This document shows, piece by piece, positions 62,157 through 64,000 of a DNA stretch of 64,000 nucleotides. The translations under genes were made by a program, and so were the position numbers. Every line of letters starts with the position of its first letter. Position 1 is the stretch's first letter. Source of the DNA: Chara braunii. Lineage: Eukaryota > Plantae > Charophyceae. The stretch covers positions 1,330,641-1,394,640 of the forward strand of contig BFEA01000012.1 in NCBI GenBank assembly GCA_003427395.1, written 5' to 3'. Below the pieces are notes generated by a model, which was not told the origin of the DNA, ran no database searches, and was given only the letters and a program-made list of their open reading frames with translations.

Positions 62157-63095
62157 ATGCCCGGGTACCCCAGGCGTCAGACCCCCCCGGGGGTCACGCC
62201 CGGGTTCCCGGCCGGGCATGAGAATCTTCCTAGGTTTGGGGGTCAATTTTACGGTCGTGGCCTTAATCTGGCATGCTTAAATAGCTGCGAACGTCAGCCT
62301 GCCGTCCTGCTGACATGTCAGCGCAATACCATGTGTCATCAATGTTTCCAAGAAGCTGTCATAGAAAGCATGTGTCTCTACTGCGTGGACTATCCACGAT
62401 GCCATCATCCGCCACATCCTCTCTTAGCATGTCCCACATGCAGAGTTGGGCATACACTTGCTGCAAACGCCATTGGATTTCCTTCTTTCTTGCCCGACGA
62501 ACGGCAAACTCAGCAGCATGAGCAGGGAAATAAAGTACCATATGAATCACTTATAGAGCGCTGTGCTGAAGGGCTAACACCACCAGGACGAACTGTTGCA
62601 GAACAAATCCTGCAGCAGCTAGACAACCTTGTTTTGGATGACCCCCTCTTGCCACAGTTGTCATCGTCATCAGTCCATGGAGAAGGAATCAATGCCGAGG
62701 AAACCCAAGACACCTGCTCAATGCCGTTCTGTGATGATCCACCTGAGATTCGGCTAGCATGTGGGTTGCATGCCTTGTGTCATGAGGATTATGAAGGTAC
62801 AGCCCGTGTGTCTTTTTGTTTTCATACGTATGATGACAGTCAATATTGCACTCACGTTCGGCACCCTGACTTGTCATGTCCAATTTGTAGACAAGGGCTC
62901 GAACGACAATGCCTTTTTAATTGTGGTCGGCATGCCTCTGTGTTCCTTGCCTGTTGGAGCCACGTTGCCTGTGATACTTGTCTACGCCATGCCATTCGGT
63001 GCAGCAACTGTGACTGCCAGAATTGGATGCGATGCTTCCACAGTCCGCACACGAATCGGTGCTGTCCGGTCTGTTGGGGTGGCCACCTACCATAG
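62157..63095 (+). CDS. Cys/His-rich protein with three RING-HC-like repeats, each with an inserted Zn-binding module
   Basis: Three copies of C-x3/4-C-x9-C-x2-H/N-x2-C-x2-C/D ... C-x2-C ... C-x-H-x2-H-x4-CPxC in a 312-aa stop-free ORF. The true start is uncertain. Confidence 0.7.
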   Translation: MPGYPRRQTPPGVTPGFPAGHENLPRFGGQFYGRGLNLACLNSCERQPAVLLTCQRNTMCHQCFQEAVIESMCLYCVDYPRCHHPPHPLLACPTCRVGHTLAANAIGFPSFLPDERQTQQHEQGNKVPYESLIERCAEGLTPPGRTVAEQILQQLDNLVLDDPLLPQLSSSSVHGEGINAEETQDTCSMPFCDDPPEIRLACGLHALCHEDYEGTARVSFCFHTYDDSQYCTHVRHPDLSCPICRQGLERQCLFNCGRHASVFLACWSHVACDTCLRHAIRCSNCDCQNWMRCFHSPHTNRCCPVCWGGHLP

Positions 63096-63199
63096 CCAAA
63101 AGCTACTGAACAAAAATCATCCTGCGACCCGAACACTGACTGACCTCGCATGTCATTCTAGAGTGGTCTGCTCCAACGGTGTGTATAGAGAACCTACTG

Positions 63200-63803
63200 A
63201 ACACTTCGACTGAGCCTCGACTCGTCCCAGCCTCTGCTTCCTTTGGCTTGACTCGGACCTGGTACCACACGCCCACGGCCTGCTTGCTTCAAAATGTCAA
63301 GGCCTGGTACTTTCCCAAATTTTCATTGGTGTACTGCTGCTTGGGTCTGTGAGTCACAACTTTTCATCTGTTGAACTGTGGGATGTGACTCTTGCCTCTG
63401 GGACACGACTTTTGCTGGAGAAGTGTCCTTTGCCTGTGGGATATGACTTTTCAATATGAGACTGTGACTTTTGCTTATAGAATGCAACCTTTGCCTCTGG
63501 GATGTGACTGTTCACCGGGTGCCTGTGGGACTGTGGGATGTGACTCTTGTCTCTGGGACACGACTTTTGCCTGGAGAAGTGTCCTTTGCCTGTGGGATAT
63601 GACTTTTCAATATGAGACTGCGACTTTTGCTTATAGAATGCAACTTTTGCCTCTGGGATGTGACTGTTCACCGGGTGCCTGTTGGACTCGACTCCTAAGG
63701 TACCCGACTGTGACCTTTCTGAACTGGCTGACTTGGCCTCCCTTGGCCTGAGACCTTTACCCTGAAATTCGGATTTGGGGTCTGCATCGTGGAATGCCTT
63801 TCA
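63200..63803 (-). mobile_element. LTR 5' (U3-like) fragment related to the 43263-43969 LTR, with a 2x155-bp internal tandem repeat (63375-63682)
   Basis: GTACCCGAC...GGATTTGGGGTCTGCA..CCTTTCA is shared with 43864-43969. The repeat is built from ~20-bp TTGCCTCTGGGATGTGACT subunits. Confidence 0.65.
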
Positions 63804-64000
63804 AAAACGATATAACGGATTCATTGTGTCTCATATTGGTTTACTGTTTGTTGGGTTGACCCATGTCAAGTGTGTTGCATTGCTTGTATAAAGGTAAGAT
63901 TCCGGTGGTTTTGGCACATCTTAAGCATGCTTCATTGTCTGCAATAGAGGTAAAATTGCTATGACTTTGGATCTACTCATCTGGGTGGAATAGGGGAAGT

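Overview
Eukaryotic, almost entirely repeat-derived window from a gapped draft assembly. Four of the five N-gaps abut long dinucleotide microsatellites. The element repertoire suggests a streptophyte alga or plant such as Chara, but this is inference only. Main content: (i) five large L1/Tx1-type LINE copies of two families, including one near full-length copy at 31.2-38.5 kb, plus older fragments; (ii) a decayed chromodomain-bearing Ty3/gypsy element at 43.3-53.0 kb (-) with a nested LTR-like insert, and related LTR/PBS fragments; (iii) a tRNA-derived SINE with a 15-bp TSD; (iv) small TA- and TTAA-flanked MITEs; (v) a decayed LSU rRNA fragment; (vi) a tandem array of five tRNA-Gly(TCC)-like units; (vii) three orphan ORFs, one encoding three RING-like domains that each carry an inserted extra Zn-binding module. 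The most notable pattern is an apparent retroposition system. Autonomous LINEs and non-coding or single-ORF passengers share structured 3' modules (a covarying hairpin plus H-type pseudoknot candidates). Two different poly(A) retroposons, a SINE and a ~2-kb single-ORF HAL1-like element, sit at the same position of a repeated target TTRCAAGAGAATCTT. A candidate minimal hammerhead ribozyme pair is also present. No canonical spliced host gene was recognised. All identities and alignments were made by eye.
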